Source: an uncultured Flavonifractor sp. (GTDB lineage Bacteria > Bacillota > Clostridia > Oscillospirales > Oscillospiraceae). Taken from it: a stretch of DNA of 64,000 bases. Where the stretch lies: NCBI GenBank assembly GCA_947384055.1, contig CANDFO010000003.1:983-64982 (forward strand). Reading direction: 5' to 3'. Each line of letters begins with the position of its first letter. The first letter of the stretch is position 1. The position numbers and the translations under genes were made by a program. This document shows, piece after piece, positions 54,011 through 64,000 of the stretch. The notes beneath the pieces were generated by a model, which saw only the letters and a list, made by a program, of their open reading frames with translations, was not told the origin of the DNA and did not search any database.

Positions 54011-54044
54011 AAAAAAGCGCGGATGTTTCACGTGAAACATCCGC
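54011..54044 (-). terminator. parS site 3 embedded in the probable noc terminator hairpin
   Basis: GCGGATGTTTCACGTGAAACATCCGC is a 26 bp perfect palindrome with the parS core at 54024-54039. On the minus strand it is followed by GCTTTTTT. It lies 85 nt after the noc stop. Confidence 0.65.
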
Positions 54045-54128
54045 AAAAACAAGGAGGAAAGAAAATTCCGGATGGAGTCCCCTATACCAAAAAACAGGGC
54101 GCTCCTCCATATCACAGAAAAACTCTAA

Positions 54129-54941
54129 TTAAATTCGCATCTGCTTGGGAATACGGATGGTCAAAAGAATGGAGTCCGCCGTCTCCTGCCGGTCACAGGC
54201 GGCATCCACCCCCGCGCTCTTCATAATGGAAAGGCCCTTGGTGACAGTGTTCAAAAACAGCCGTACATCCCGGACAATATAAGATGGCTTTCGCCGGGGC
54301 GGGGGGACGGGGTCCGTCAAAAGCTCCTCCACCAGCTCCTCCGTCTGGCTGACTGTCAGGCCACGCTCCACCAAAGTCCGTGCCGCTTCCAGCCGAAGCG
54401 CTGTGTCCTCAATCCGCAGCAGTGCCCGGGCATGACGCTCCGTACACCCGTGCTCCCGCAAAAGGGACAGCACCTCTGGCGCCAGCCGTAGAAGCCGCAG
54501 CTTGTTTGCCACCGCAGATTGAGACTTTCCAATACGGCGGGCCGCCTCCTCCTGGGAAAGCCCATAGGTCTGGATCAGCTTTGCTAAAGCAGCGGCCTCT
54601 TCTACAAAATCCAAATCCCGGCGCTGGAGATTTTCCACCAGCGCCAGCAGAGAGGAGCCCTCGCTGTCCACCGTCACAACAATACAGGGCACCTGCGACA
54701 GGCCCGCCAGCTTGGAAGCCCGCAGACGGCGTTCACCGGAAACCAGCTCATAGCCGCCGGGAATCCGACGGACAGACAGAGGCTGTAGAACGCCATGCTC
54801 CCGAATACTGGCGGAAAGTTCCTCCAGACCTTCCGGTGAAAAATCCCGTCTGGGCTGGTCCGGATTGGGAGTGATGGACCCGATCGGCAAAAACAGGACC
54901 CGGCCGCTTTCAAACAGACCTTTTCTATGCAGTAAACTCAT
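54129..54941 (-). CDS. noc: ParB-like nucleoid occlusion protein (Noc)
   Basis: Start at MSLLHRKGLF, with AGGAGG upstream. It has the ParB box (IREHGVLQPLSVRR..YELVSGERRLRASKLAGL) and the HTH. It sits upstream of parA-parB, as noc does in Firmicutes. Confidence 0.78.
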   Translation of the reverse strand: MSLLHRKGLFESGRVLFLPIGSITPNPDQPRRDFSPEGLEELSASIREHGVLQPLSVRRIPGGYELVSGERRLRASKLAGLSQVPCIVVTVDSEGSSLLALVENLQRRDLDFVEEAAALAKLIQTYGLSQEEAARRIGKSQSAVANKLRLLRLAPEVLSLLREHGCTERHARALLRIEDTALRLEAARTLVERGLTVSQTEELVEELLTDPVPPPRRKPSYIVRDVRLFLNTVTKGLSIMKSAGVDAACDRQETADSILLTIRIPKQMRI

Positions 54942-55127
54942 GATCGGTCCTCCTCTTATGTATGGGAAATACTGGTAATATCTATATAGTAGCACAGATT
55001 TCCGCAAAACAAGGCGGAAGCTGTCGTTCGGGAAATATTTTTTCTGACCTGCAACCGCAATTCTGTCCGGCGTCAAAAAACATGCCCTGTCCCATATTGG
55101 GACAGGGCATGGCCAAATTGAATGATG

Positions 55128-56642
55128 TCAGCTCAGATAGGCCAGAGGATTTACCGAAGTGCCGCCGATTTTAACCTCAAAGTGGCAGTGATTTCCCGTA
55201 GAGCGGCCGGTACTGCCTACCCGCGCAATGGTCTGCCCCTGGTACACATGGTCTCCCGCGGAAACCAGAATACTGGAGCAGTGTCCATAATAGGTCTGCT
55301 TGCCGTTGCCGTGGTCCACAATTACCAGATTGCCATAACTCCAGTTGTATCCGGTGGCGCGGCCCGCGAAGGTAACGGTTCCGCCGTCAGCGGCGGCGAT
55401 GCCGGTGCCATAGGCGGTGGCAATATCAATGCCGCCGTGATAGCTGTAGGAGCCGAAGATGGAGCGATAGCCAAAGCGGGAGGTAATATGTCCATATACC
55501 GGCCAGATAAAGTATCCGTTGGGATACCAGGAGGGTCGTACTTTGGTTCCCACCGCAATTACCCGCGTGGTAGGCTCGCTGAGCGTTTCGCTCTCCAAAA
55601 TTTCCCGGTCCTGTTCCCTGCCGTTAACATAGGTCACATCAGCCGTTACCAGAGCTTCACCGGGTATGCCCGCCTCAATAACCCGGGTTTCCCCCTGATA
55701 CATGGAGCTGTCCTCCAGCTGTTCCACCGGACACTCGATAGGCTCATGATAGGTCAAACGGTCTACGGTCGTTACCGACAGGAAAGGAATTTCCTCCCGA
55801 ATGTTCAGCAGCTGGCCAATATGGATCAGGTCAATATTGATATCGGGGTTCAGTTCCTGCATCTCCCGAACTGTCATGCCATTGTCCAGGGCAATCTGCA
55901 TAAAGGTATCGCCCTTGACTACCTCATAGGTAGTCTGACCGTTGGTATTTTCCGTCAGTTGGGCAAACATGGCCTCCAGATCCAGGTTGACGTCCGTGGG
56001 CGTATACTCCTGAAAGACCGTCACCCGGGAGGTAAAGTCGGAAGAAACGGTATTCTCCGTCACATAAGGGGCCTTTACCTCTTTCAGCAGTTCCTCCAAG
56101 CTGCTCTCTTCCAGCGCCGCACCAATGAACTGACCGTCTACCTTCAGCACATAACTGCTCATGATCTCATCAATCTGATGGAAGAGATATTCCTCAATCT
56201 CACGCACATCGGTAAGCTCTCCACGTTCAGAGAGCGCAAAGTCAAAGGCTGGCTCCCCTTCCAGTACATAGCCGCGGCCAAGAATGCTCTCCGCCCTGGC
56301 TTCTACCCGGTCCACGACTTCCTCAAAAACCTGTGGATTCCGGACCACACCCAGAGGCACGCCGTCCATTGTCACCGCATAGCTGGGTGTATACACCGTG
56401 CTTACTACCGCGGCCACGCCCACTACCGCCGCCACCGCGAAAAAATGCACCGGGTTGACCAGGCGGCGGCCTCCCGCCGTAGCCTCATCCAACTTTAAGC
56501 GCAGGTTTTTTATTGCCTGCCGCAGGGCTTCGGCGCCTTCCTCCCACCGTTCTTTCCAGTGTACAGCGGACTCAGGCAGGTCCGGCGCGGCGTTTGGTCT
56601 TCTCCTCACAGGGGAATTAGGCTGATATAGGATTTCATCCAT
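55128..56642 (-). CDS. LysM/G5-domain M23-family peptidoglycan metalloendopeptidase
   Basis: It has a TM anchor, LysM (YEVVKGDTFMQIALDNGMTVREMQELNP), a G5-like segment and M23 motifs (HGGIDIA, DHGNG..TYYGH, GRSTGNHCHFEV). The start is uncertain: ATG 56642 after AAGGAGG is preferred over 56699. Confidence 0.83.
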   Translation of the reverse strand: MDEILYQPNSPVRRRPNAAPDLPESAVHWKERWEEGAEALRQAIKNLRLKLDEATAGGRRLVNPVHFFAVAAVVGVAAVVSTVYTPSYAVTMDGVPLGVVRNPQVFEEVVDRVEARAESILGRGYVLEGEPAFDFALSERGELTDVREIEEYLFHQIDEIMSSYVLKVDGQFIGAALEESSLEELLKEVKAPYVTENTVSSDFTSRVTVFQEYTPTDVNLDLEAMFAQLTENTNGQTTYEVVKGDTFMQIALDNGMTVREMQELNPDINIDLIHIGQLLNIREEIPFLSVTTVDRLTYHEPIECPVEQLEDSSMYQGETRVIEAGIPGEALVTADVTYVNGREQDREILESETLSEPTTRVIAVGTKVRPSWYPNGYFIWPVYGHITSRFGYRSIFGSYSYHGGIDIATAYGTGIAAADGGTVTFAGRATGYNWSYGNLVIVDHGNGKQTYYGHCSSILVSAGDHVYQGQTIARVGSTGRSTGNHCHFEVKIGGTSVNPLAYLS

Positions 56643-56936
56643 TTGGAGGGCCGCCTCCTTTATCTCTATTATCATTCTGTAATATTTAAATTGTAACAAG
56701 TCTGTAATAATGATTACAAAAGGTTACAATCAATATATTACACGCAATTCCCCCTTCCGTCAAGTCTTTTCTCTAAACCCGAACAGAAAAAAACCAGGGC
56801 CTTGTTTCCCCGGCGTTAACAGGGTAGTATATGCTTCAGCAAGAGTACTTCCACAAAGAGACAATGCCCAGCTAAAAACTCAAAAACCCCGCCGGACCCG
56901 CGCTGTCGGGGATTTGTCTGAAAGAAAAGAAACCAA

Positions 56937-56969
56937 AGTTCGACCTGCCCTGGCGGGGCAGGTCGAACT
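56937..56969 (-). terminator. Intrinsic terminator of rnhA
   Basis: On the minus strand: AGTTCGACCTGCCCC-gcca-GGGCAGGTCGAACT followed by TTGGTTTCTTTTCTTTC. Confidence 0.7.
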
Positions 56970-56987
56970 CAGCGAACTTTTCGGCGG

Positions 56988-57431
56988 TCAGTCCTTTTTA
57001 AATTTTTTGCTTTCCGCTACGGCCAGTTCGTCACAGCGGTTGTTAAATTCATTTTGGGCATGGCCCTTGACCCAGTGCAGACGCACCGTATGCCGGGCGC
57101 ACAGCTCCAGCAGCCTCTCCCAGAGATCCGGGTTTAAAGCAGGTTTTTTGTCCGGCTTGATCCATCCGCGCTTCCGCCAACCTTCCGCCCAGCCCTTTTG
57201 AAGAGCGTCAATTACATACTTGGAATCAGAATAGAGCTCTACCTCACAGGGTGTTTTCAGCGCCTCCAGCGCCGCGATCACCCCTGTCAGCTCCATCCGG
57301 TTATTGGTGGTGGAGGGCGCTCCGCCGGAGAGCTCCTTCTGATGCTCCCCATATTGGAGAATAGCGCCCCAGCCGCCGGGCCCCGGATTGCCGGAACAGG
57401 CCCCGTCCGTGTAAATGGTCACATGTTTCAT
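56988..57431 (-). CDS. rnhA: Ribonuclease HI
   Basis: 147 aa with [34 protein letters not shown]-like motifs and the DEDD catalytic residues in context. Confidence 0.9.
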   Translation of the reverse strand: MKHVTIYTDGACSGNPGPGGWGAILQYGEHQKELSGGAPSTTNNRMELTGVIAALEALKTPCEVELYSDSKYVIDALQKGWAEGWRKRGWIKPDKKPALNPDLWERLLELCARHTVRLHWVKGHAQNEFNNRCDELAVAESKKFKKD

Positions 57432-57436
57432 AGGCG

Positions 57437-58477
57437 CTATCCTACAATATAGTCATTATAATCAGAGATTAGGTCCGAATAATTCATCTCCAAAAATTCC
57501 AGGCTTCCCGAAATATCTTTTCCATTTCCGGCATACTGCATAGCCTCTTCCACATAACTGACAATGCCATTCACATGGACCTGATACGTGCGGAAAAACT
57601 GATATTTCAAGTCATCTTCATTCATATAATTCAGCTTTTCGGTTTTTTGCCGCTGCTCTTTATCCCCCAGTGCCTCCAGCAGCAGCGCTCCCGTATCCGC
57701 TACCTGCCCGGCGGCGGCGCTCAGTTCATCCATATTCATGGGAATAATCTGCTCACCGCTGATATTTCCCTCCGCGCAAGCCACCGCATAGAAATCTGCC
57801 GCATTTTTCAGCAAAATATTGGTATAATAGGCGATCATCTCATTATTTTCCCGCATTCTGTCCAGCTCTTCCTCCTGGAAAGACTCATCCAGAAGGCTCA
57901 GCTGGTTATCCGCCTCGGCCAAGGCAGCAAGAAAGGGGTCAATTGTAGGCAGCAGCGCCGCGTGGAGCTCTGCCGCCTTTGCCAGGCCGTCCTCCCGCCA
58001 GTCCCCACTGCGGGCGTAGCTGGCAATGGCCAGCAGCGCCTCCTCATTGCTCTTGGCCAGCGGTATCAGCGCCTTCATTGCGGCATCCATGTCCGGATAT
58101 TCCGGCTCCTCCTCCGCCAGCTCTAGGCAGGTATCCATCCGCTTGGTCGGGTCTCCGATGGCCGTGCCGACGCTCATCTGTATATCGCCGTACTCCCCGC
58201 CGTCCAGCACAGCGAACTCCTCCTGATAGGCCACTACCGCGAAATATTTATTCAGATACTCCACATTATCATAGAGATAATTCAGCGTATCCAGATAGGT
58301 GTTAAACTTATAATAGTTCGGGGTATCCGGCTCCGGTGTGGCCGTCGGCGCCGCTGTTGGAGCCGGCGTGGGCGCCTTCGTCTCCCTGGGAGCGGCAGCA
58401 TCCCCGCAGCCGCTCAGTACCATCGACGCCGCCAGACCAAGGGCCAGCGCCTGGACAAAAAGTGTTTTCTTTTTCAC
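57437..58477 (-). CDS. Putative lipoprotein of unknown function
   Basis: 346 aa with signal peptide plus lipobox ([10 protein letters not shown]), a Pro/Thr/Ala linker and a helical body. The family is not confidently recognised. Confidence 0.6.
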   Translation of the reverse strand: MKKKTLFVQALALGLAASMVLSGCGDAAAPRETKAPTPAPTAAPTATPEPDTPNYYKFNTYLDTLNYLYDNVEYLNKYFAVVAYQEEFAVLDGGEYGDIQMSVGTAIGDPTKRMDTCLELAEEEPEYPDMDAAMKALIPLAKSNEEALLAIASYARSGDWREDGLAKAAELHAALLPTIDPFLAALAEADNQLSLLDESFQEEELDRMRENNEMIAYYTNILLKNAADFYAVACAEGNISGEQIIPMNMDELSAAAGQVADTGALLLEALGDKEQRQKTEKLNYMNEDDLKYQFFRTYQVHVNGIVSYVEEAMQYAGNGKDISGSLEFLEMNYSDLISDYNDYIVG

Positions 58478-58755
58478 GATGACCTTCTCCTTGTCTGCTG
58501 TTTTTTTTCTTCGTATTCCTCACGGGTCAGAATCCCCGCCTGGTACAGGGTATCCAGCTGGTCTCCGGAGCGGCCCGGCGGTCTGCGCTCCTCCCTGCGC
58601 TTCCGTCGGGACTCCTTTCTCCTTTTTTGGGCGGCCGCGTCTTTTTTGACCGCCCTGGTTGACACCACCGCTAAAATTACACAGACTGCCAAGGCCAGTA
58701 TTTCAACTCCGGCCGGTGTAAACATCCCGATGGTTGAAAAGATCATACTGCCCAT
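58474..58755 (-). CDS. Small membrane protein with C-terminal SHOCT-like domain
   Basis: 93 aa with an N-terminal TM helix, a Lys/Arg-rich linker and a DTLYQAGILTREEYEEKK motif. It overlaps the downstream lipoprotein gene by 4 nt. Confidence 0.6.
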   Translation of the reverse strand: MGSMIFSTIGMFTPAGVEILALAVCVILAVVSTRAVKKDAAAQKRRKESRRKRREERRPPGRSGDQLDTLYQAGILTREEYEEKKQQTRRRSS

Positions 58756-58761
58756 AACCGT

Positions 58762-61293
58762 TTACTCCCCTGTCCGCTCCGGTCCGCCTTCTGCGGCTTC
58801 CTCCGTAACAGGCTCCTCTTCCGGCTCCTCATGCTCTGTTCGGGCAAAAGAGATGACCTTTACCCCTTCTTCCAGATTCATCAGCTTTACACCCTGGGCA
58901 GAGCGGCCGTAGGTGCTGATTCCCGACACCGCCATACGGATAATAACGCCTGCGTCGTTGATGACAAGAATATCATCCTCATCGCTGACTACCTTTACGC
59001 CTACCACCGGACCGGTCTTTTCCGTCACCTGATAACCCTTCAAACCGTATCCGCCCCGCCTCTGGGGGCCGTCGGCCCGGATATATTCGTCCATAGCGGT
59101 GCGCTTTCCGTAGCCGTTTTCCGTCACCATCAGCACCTGATGCTCCCGTTTGGCCCGGGCCGCGCCGATTACATAATCGCCGGGCCGCAGATTGATTCCT
59201 TTTACGCCATAGGCGTCCCGGCCCATACACCGCACTTGAGTCTCCAAAAAGGCGATGGACATGCCGTCATGTGTGGCGATGAGAATACACTGCTCCCCAT
59301 CGGTTTCCCGCACACAGATCAGATCGTCCCCCTCATCCAGAGTGATACAGCGGATACCCGCTTTTCGGGCGGTATTGATCACCGAGAGCTGAATACGCTT
59401 TACCGTACCGCTGCGCGTCACCATAGTCAGATAGCGATTTTCCGGGAATTCCCGCAGGTGGATCATCGCCGTTACTTTTTCTCCAGCTTCTACCGGAAGC
59501 ACATTGCCGATATAGGTGCCCTTGGCCGTTCGGCCCGCCTCCGCAATCTGATAGCCCTTTTTCCGGTGCACCCGGCCCTTATTGGTAAAGAACAGAATAA
59601 AGTCGTGAGTAGAGGCGGTAAATACCGATTCCACATAGTCCTCTTCTTTCAGAGACTGGGCGGTAATGCCCTTTCCACCCCGCCGCTGTGCTTTATAGCT
59701 GGACACCGGCGTCCGCTTGATGTAACCCGCCGCCGTAAGGGTAAAGACACAGGATTCCTCTTCAATCAGGTCCTCCACATCCAGGTCGTCCTCAACAAAG
59801 GCAATCTCCGTCATACGGTCGTCGCCATATTTGTCCCGGATTTCGAGCAGTTCATCCTTGAGCACCTGCCGCAGCATAGCCTCATCGCTGAGCAGGCGGT
59901 TGAAGTAGGCAATGCGCTCCTCCAGCTCCTTATACTCTGCCTCCAGCTTCTCCCGGTTCAAACCCTGGAGAGCAATCAGGCGCATATCACAGATGGCCTG
60001 AGCCTGTACCTCGTCCAGGGAAAAGCGCTCCATCAGATTGTCCCTGGCATTGTCATAGCTGGTGCGGATAATCCGGATGACCTCGTCAATATTGTCCTGG
60101 GCGATTAACAGACCCTCCAGCAGATGGGCCCGGTCCTGGGCTTTTTTCAGGTCAAATCTGGTCCGGCGGAGAATGACTTCCTCCTGGAAAGCCAGATACT
60201 CATCTAAAATATGCCGCAGAGAGAGAATTTTCGGCTGGGACTGGTCGTTCACCAGCGCCAGCATATTGATAGCAAAGGTAGTCTGAAGCTGAGTCTGGGC
60301 AAAAAGGCGGTTGAGCACCACTTGGGCGTTGGCGTCTTTTTTCAGCTCAATGACAATGCGCATGCCGTTCCGGTCGGACTCGTCCCGGATGGCGGAGATA
60401 CCGTCCAGCCGCTTATCCTCCACCTGGTCGGCCATATTTTTAATCAGCATCCGCTTGTTCACCTGATAGGGAATTTCAGTGACGATGATACGGACGCGGT
60501 TATTGCCGAATTCCTCAAATTCTGTCCGGGCCCGGACCCGAATATGTCCCCGCCCGGTAGCGTAAGCCTGCCGGATACCCGCCCGGCCCATAATCATGCC
60601 GCGGGTGGGGAAGTCAGGACCCTTTACGTGCTCCATCAAATCGTCCAGAGTGGCTTCCGGGTCGTCCAGTACACAGATAGCCGCATTGATCACCTCCCGC
60701 AGGTTGTGGGGAGGAATGTTGGTGGCCATGCCTACCGCAATGCCGCTGGAACCGTTTACCAACAGATTGGGAAAGCGGCTGGGCAGTACACGCGGCTCCC
60801 TGCGGCTTTCGTCAAAATTGGGGTCCCAATTCACCGTATCCTTTTCAATATCCCGAAGCATTTCCTGGGAAATTCTGTCCAGCCGCGCCTCGGTATACCG
60901 GTAGGCCGCCGCCGGGTCTCCGTCCACGGAGCCGAAGTTTCCGTGACCGTCTACCAGCGGGTAGCGCATGGAGAAGTCCTGAGCCAGGCGGACCAGCGCG
61001 TCATAGACGCTGGCGTCCCCGTGGGGGTGGTAGCGGCCCAGCACGTCGCCCACGCAGGTAGCCGATTTTTTAAAAGGCCGGTCATGGGTCAGATTATCCT
61101 CATACATGGCATAGAGAATCCGCCGGTGAACCGGCTTCAGGCCGTCCCGCACATCGGGCAGGGCCCGGCCCTTAATCACGCTCATGGCGTATTCAATATA
61201 AGACTGCTCCATCTCCGGCACCAGTGCCGAATGCACAATTTTCTGGTCCGGAAATCGAATCTCTTCCGGGTCGTATTGGGGTTTTTTTGTCAT
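58762..61293 (-). CDS. gyrA: DNA gyrase subunit A
   Basis: Start at [11 protein letters not shown]. The active-site region is [10 protein letters not shown], the QRDR context is [14 protein letters not shown], and the C-terminus has beta-pinwheel repeats and an acidic tail. Confidence 0.96.
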   Translation of the reverse strand: MTKKPQYDPEEIRFPDQKIVHSALVPEMEQSYIEYAMSVIKGRALPDVRDGLKPVHRRILYAMYEDNLTHDRPFKKSATCVGDVLGRYHPHGDASVYDALVRLAQDFSMRYPLVDGHGNFGSVDGDPAAAYRYTEARLDRISQEMLRDIEKDTVNWDPNFDESRREPRVLPSRFPNLLVNGSSGIAVGMATNIPPHNLREVINAAICVLDDPEATLDDLMEHVKGPDFPTRGMIMGRAGIRQAYATGRGHIRVRARTEFEEFGNNRVRIIVTEIPYQVNKRMLIKNMADQVEDKRLDGISAIRDESDRNGMRIVIELKKDANAQVVLNRLFAQTQLQTTFAINMLALVNDQSQPKILSLRHILDEYLAFQEEVILRRTRFDLKKAQDRAHLLEGLLIAQDNIDEVIRIIRTSYDNARDNLMERFSLDEVQAQAICDMRLIALQGLNREKLEAEYKELEERIAYFNRLLSDEAMLRQVLKDELLEIRDKYGDDRMTEIAFVEDDLDVEDLIEEESCVFTLTAAGYIKRTPVSSYKAQRRGGKGITAQSLKEEDYVESVFTASTHDFILFFTNKGRVHRKKGYQIAEAGRTAKGTYIGNVLPVEAGEKVTAMIHLREFPENRYLTMVTRSGTVKRIQLSVINTARKAGIRCITLDEGDDLICVRETDGEQCILIATHDGMSIAFLETQVRCMGRDAYGVKGINLRPGDYVIGAARAKREHQVLMVTENGYGKRTAMDEYIRADGPQRRGGYGLKGYQVTEKTGPVVGVKVVSDEDDILVINDAGVIIRMAVSGISTYGRSAQGVKLMNLEEGVKVISFARTEHEEPEEEPVTEEAAEGGPERTGE

Positions 61294-61348
61294 GCTTCTA
61301 TATTCTCCTTCTCGTTCCTCCAAAAAGGATATCGAATTGCGCTCCCCA

Positions 61349-63289
61349 TCAATAGTCCAGGTTCACCGCATATTTGGCGTTGCGCTCAATAAATTCCTTG
61401 CGGGGCTCCACCTTTTCTCCCATCAGGACAGAAAAAGTGGCGTCCGCCAGAACTGCATCGTCCAGCTCAATGCGTTTTAACGTGCGGCGCTCCGGGTCCA
61501 TAGTGGTCTCCCACAGCTCATGGGGATTCATCTCGCCCAAGCCCTTAAATCGGTTGATCTCAATTTTCGCGTTGGGATTGTCCCCCCGCAGTTCGGCGGA
61601 AATGGCGTCCCGCTCCTCCTCAGAGAAGGCCAGATGGGTGGTCTTGCCGCGGGTCAGCTTAAACAGTGGTGGCACGGCCGCGTAGACATAGCCCTGCTCG
61701 ATCAGGGGTCGCATGAAGCGGAAAAAGAAGGTCAGCAGCAGGGTGCGGATATGAGAACCGTCCACGTCCGCATCGGCCATGATAATCACTTTGTGATAAC
61801 GAAGACGGTTTGGGTCAAAGTCATCTCCAATGCCCGCGCCCAGGGCGGTAATCACCGGCTGGAGTTTGTCGTTTCCATAGACCTTGTCGGCTCTGGCCTT
61901 CTCCACATTGAGCATTTTGCCCCACAGAGGGAGAATAGCCTGAAACCGGGAATCTCTCCCCTGGGTGGCGGAGCCTCCGGCGGAATCGCCCTCGACGATA
62001 TACAGCTCGGTCAGCTCCGGATTATTTTCATTACAGTCCCGCAGCTTGTCGGGCATGGCCGCCCCGCCCAGGGCAGTTTTGCGACGGATAGATTCCCGGG
62101 CTTTTCGGGCGGCTTCCCGGGCGCGGTTGGCCATAAGCGCCTTATCCAGAATCGCCCGGCCCACAGCGGGATTTTCCTCTAAAAACTCCTCCAGCCGGTC
62201 GCTGACCAGTCCTGCCACCATGGCACGGATCTCACTGTTGCCCAGCTTGGCCTTGGTCTGTCCTTCAAACTGGGCGTCGGTGAGCTTTACCGAGATGACG
62301 CAGGTAATTCCCTCCCGGCAGTCCTCTCCGGAGACTTTTTCCTCATCCTTCAAAATCTTCATCTTGCGGCCGTAGGCGTTGAGTACGGTAGTCAGAGCCC
62401 GCTTAAAGCCCTCTTCGTGCATGCCGCCCTCCGGCGTGTGGACATTGTTGGCAAAAGAAATAATAGTCTCATTATAGCCGTCGTTATACTGAAAGGCCAC
62501 CTCTGCTACAGAATCGTCTTTCTCTCCTGCCATATAGACCACGTTTTCATGGATTGGGGTTTTTGCCCGGTTCAGCCAGGTGACAAATTCCCGGATGCCC
62601 CCGGCGTAGTGCATTTCGTCGGTCTGTTCCCGCCCGGGGCGCTCGTCAACGGTGCGGATCCGTACACCGGCGTTTAAGAACGCCTCCTCCCGCATGCGGG
62701 TGTGGAGCGTCTCATAATTATATTCCGTTACCTCGAACATCTCCGGGTCCGGCTTAAAAACTACTTCCGTTCCATGGCGCTGGGTATCACCGACAATCTT
62801 CATCTCCTGGGTGACTTGTCCCCGGGAAAACTTCATCTCATAGATTTTTCCGTCCTTGTGCACACGCACTTCCAGCCACTGACTAAGGGCGTTGACTACG
62901 CTGGCGCCTACTCCATGCAGTCCGCCGGATACCTTGTAGCCGCCGCCGCCAAATTTTCCGCCTGCGTGAAGAATGGTAAACACCACTTCCAGAGCGGGCT
63001 TGCCGGTCTGCTCCTGCATATCCACCGGGATGCCCCGTCCATTATCGGTGACGGTAATAATGTCGCCCGCACCGATTTTTACTGTGATTTCATCGCAATA
63101 TCCTGCCAGAGCCTCGTCAATGGAGTTGTCCACTATCTCATAGACCAGGTGGTGCAGTCCGCTCTCTGACGTGGAGCCGATATACATGCCGGGCCGCTTG
63201 CGGACCGCTTCCAATCCCTCCAGTACCTGAATTTCAGACGCGCCGTACTCGTGGTCTACCTGGGTAGCGCTGTTGTATAACTCTTCCAT
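61349..63289 (-). CDS. gyrB: DNA gyrase subunit B
   Basis: Start at MEELYNS, with GGAGGT 4 nt upstream (the track's TTG start at 63301 would sit over this GGAGGT). It has the GHKL ATPase ([30 protein letters not shown]) and TOPRIM ([16 protein letters not shown]). Confidence 0.96.
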   Translation of the reverse strand: MEELYNSATQVDHEYGASEIQVLEGLEAVRKRPGMYIGSTSESGLHHLVYEIVDNSIDEALAGYCDEITVKIGAGDIITVTDNGRGIPVDMQEQTGKPALEVVFTILHAGGKFGGGGYKVSGGLHGVGASVVNALSQWLEVRVHKDGKIYEMKFSRGQVTQEMKIVGDTQRHGTEVVFKPDPEMFEVTEYNYETLHTRMREEAFLNAGVRIRTVDERPGREQTDEMHYAGGIREFVTWLNRAKTPIHENVVYMAGEKDDSVAEVAFQYNDGYNETIISFANNVHTPEGGMHEEGFKRALTTVLNAYGRKMKILKDEEKVSGEDCREGITCVISVKLTDAQFEGQTKAKLGNSEIRAMVAGLVSDRLEEFLEENPAVGRAILDKALMANRAREAARKARESIRRKTALGGAAMPDKLRDCNENNPELTELYIVEGDSAGGSATQGRDSRFQAILPLWGKMLNVEKARADKVYGNDKLQPVITALGAGIGDDFDPNRLRYHKVIIMADADVDGSHIRTLLLTFFFRFMRPLIEQGYVYAAVPPLFKLTRGKTTHLAFSEEERDAISAELRGDNPNAKIEINRFKGLGEMNPHELWETTMDPERRTLKRIELDDAVLADATFSVLMGEKVEPRKEFIERNAKYAVNLDY

Positions 63290-63361
63290 AGATACCTCCA
63301 ATAACCGCTTTCCGCGGCTGTTATGTGAAAGGGCGGCCGGCCGCCCTGCTGTCTGCGCTTC

Positions 63362-63643
63362 TTATACAGTCAAGCTGTCGCTTCCAAAACTCATATTCTC
63401 CGCCCTGCCCCGCAGTGTCGCTGTGGACAGCTGTGAGAGATAAATTACCGGGGGACCCTGATCCGACTGGCACAGTATAAAGGATTTCGGAAGATCCTCC
63501 GACACATTGACTACCTGACCTCTGCGCTCCGCCTGTTCCAGCGTTCTGCGTGTGCGCTTGCTGAAACTTGTATTGTCCAAATCGAATATTCCAATGATAT
63601 CCCGGTAAGGGACAACTACCGACTGTCCTAAATGAAGGTACAT
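63362..63643 (-). CDS. remB: DUF370 protein (RemB/YaaB-like)
   Basis: 93 aa. Its conserved position between recF and gyrB, and the N-terminus MYLHLGQSVVVPYRDIIGIFDLD, are typical of the family. Confidence 0.82.
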   Translation of the reverse strand: MYLHLGQSVVVPYRDIIGIFDLDNTSFSKRTRRTLEQAERRGQVVNVSEDLPKSFILCQSDQGPPVIYLSQLSTATLRGRAENMSFGSDSLTV

Positions 63644-63688
63644 TGATCCGCGTCCTTTTCTTTTGACTTTAGGGCGGTTTCCTACAGC

Positions 63689-63855
63689 GTGCCGCTTCGC
63701 CCGTTACGGAGTAAGGGCAAAGCGCCGGGACGTGGAAACAGAACAGCCCGGGGATGGGTCCACGGGAAGGGGGTCCGCTGGAGGCATGACAAGCCAAATC
63801 TCAGCAGGAACCAACATGGGAGAAGCATCGACTTTCCCTCAACGGGAAAGAATCA
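63689..63855 (+). repeat. Intergenic repeat family B, compact copy 2
   Basis: Its left 66 nt match 8238..8303 and its right ~89 nt match 8605..8691. Only 12 nt (TGGGTCCACGGG) lie between them here, versus 301 nt in copy 1. Confidence 0.7.
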
Positions 63856-63861
63856 TCTTCT

Positions 63862-64000
63862 TTAACCGGTTCTGTTTTGAAGCAGCTGCCCGTCGTGTAC
63901 ATAAAACGTTCTCCCCTGTTCCAGCTGTGCCAATCCCATATCCTCGCAGCAGGTAATAAAAACCTGTCCTCCGGTAATACGCTGAAGCACATATTCCTGC
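63862..64000 (-). CDS. recF: DNA replication/repair protein RecF, C-terminal fragment (5' end lies outside the window)
   Basis: This frame is not listed in the ORF track because it has no in-window start. The reverse strand translates as QEYVLQRITGGQVFITCCEDMGLAQLEQGRTFYVHDGQLLQNRTG*, and (GQVFIT..) is the RecF C-terminal signature. Synteny is recF-remB-gyrB-gyrA. Confidence 0.75.
   Translation of the reverse strand, partial: QEYVLQRITGGQVFITCCEDMGLAQLEQGRTFYVHDGQLLQNRTG

Noticed and set aside
63856-64000. Searched the right edge and intergenic regions for DnaA boxes (TTATCCACA) and an oriC-like AT-rich unwinding element
   Set aside because: I found no clusters of DnaA boxes in the window. 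The origin is inferred to lie beyond base 64000, upstream of recF/dnaN/dnaA, and cannot be annotated here.

Overview
This is a high-GC chromosomal segment from a Firmicutes/Clostridia organism. The protein set looks Oscillospiraceae-like, but that placement is only a guess. About 50 protein genes are mostly housekeeping.

Gene content, in window order:
- The tail of the nusA-infB operon (infB', rbfA, a DHH phosphoesterase, truB, ribF).
- A maltodextrin-type sugar cluster: malQ, a LacI-family regulator, two ABC permeases and a binding protein.
- A T-box-controlled hisS-aspS operon, then purL, pgeF, secA, miaB, htrA, comM/yifB and icd.
- The end of the dcw cluster (yggS-sepF-divIVA-ileS), then hfq-mutL-mutS.
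- An origin-proximal block on the minus strand: recF'-remB-gyrB-gyrA ... noc-parA-parB ... serS-rsmG, with three perfect parS sites.

I saw no rRNA, tRNA, CRISPR array, transposase or integrase.

The accessory content is small but unusual:
1. A 2.9 kb low-GC two-gene restriction-modification cassette resembling BcgI (type IIB). One gene fuses a nuclease to a gamma-class N6-adenine methylase; the other encodes a specificity-like subunit with two repeated halves. The cassette sits exactly between the isoleucine T-box riboswitch (specifier AUC) and the ileS coding sequence that this riboswitch should control.
2. A 200 bp non-coding element resembling a MITE (miniature inverted-repeat transposable element) is present in two inverted copies, with about 13 mismatches. 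One copy is flanked by a perfect 34 bp direct duplication of a whole terminator hairpin. The other copy is nested inside a second intergenic repeat family that recurs between recF and remB.

Many long ORFs in the six-frame track are antisense shadow ORFs typical of high-GC DNA and were rejected.
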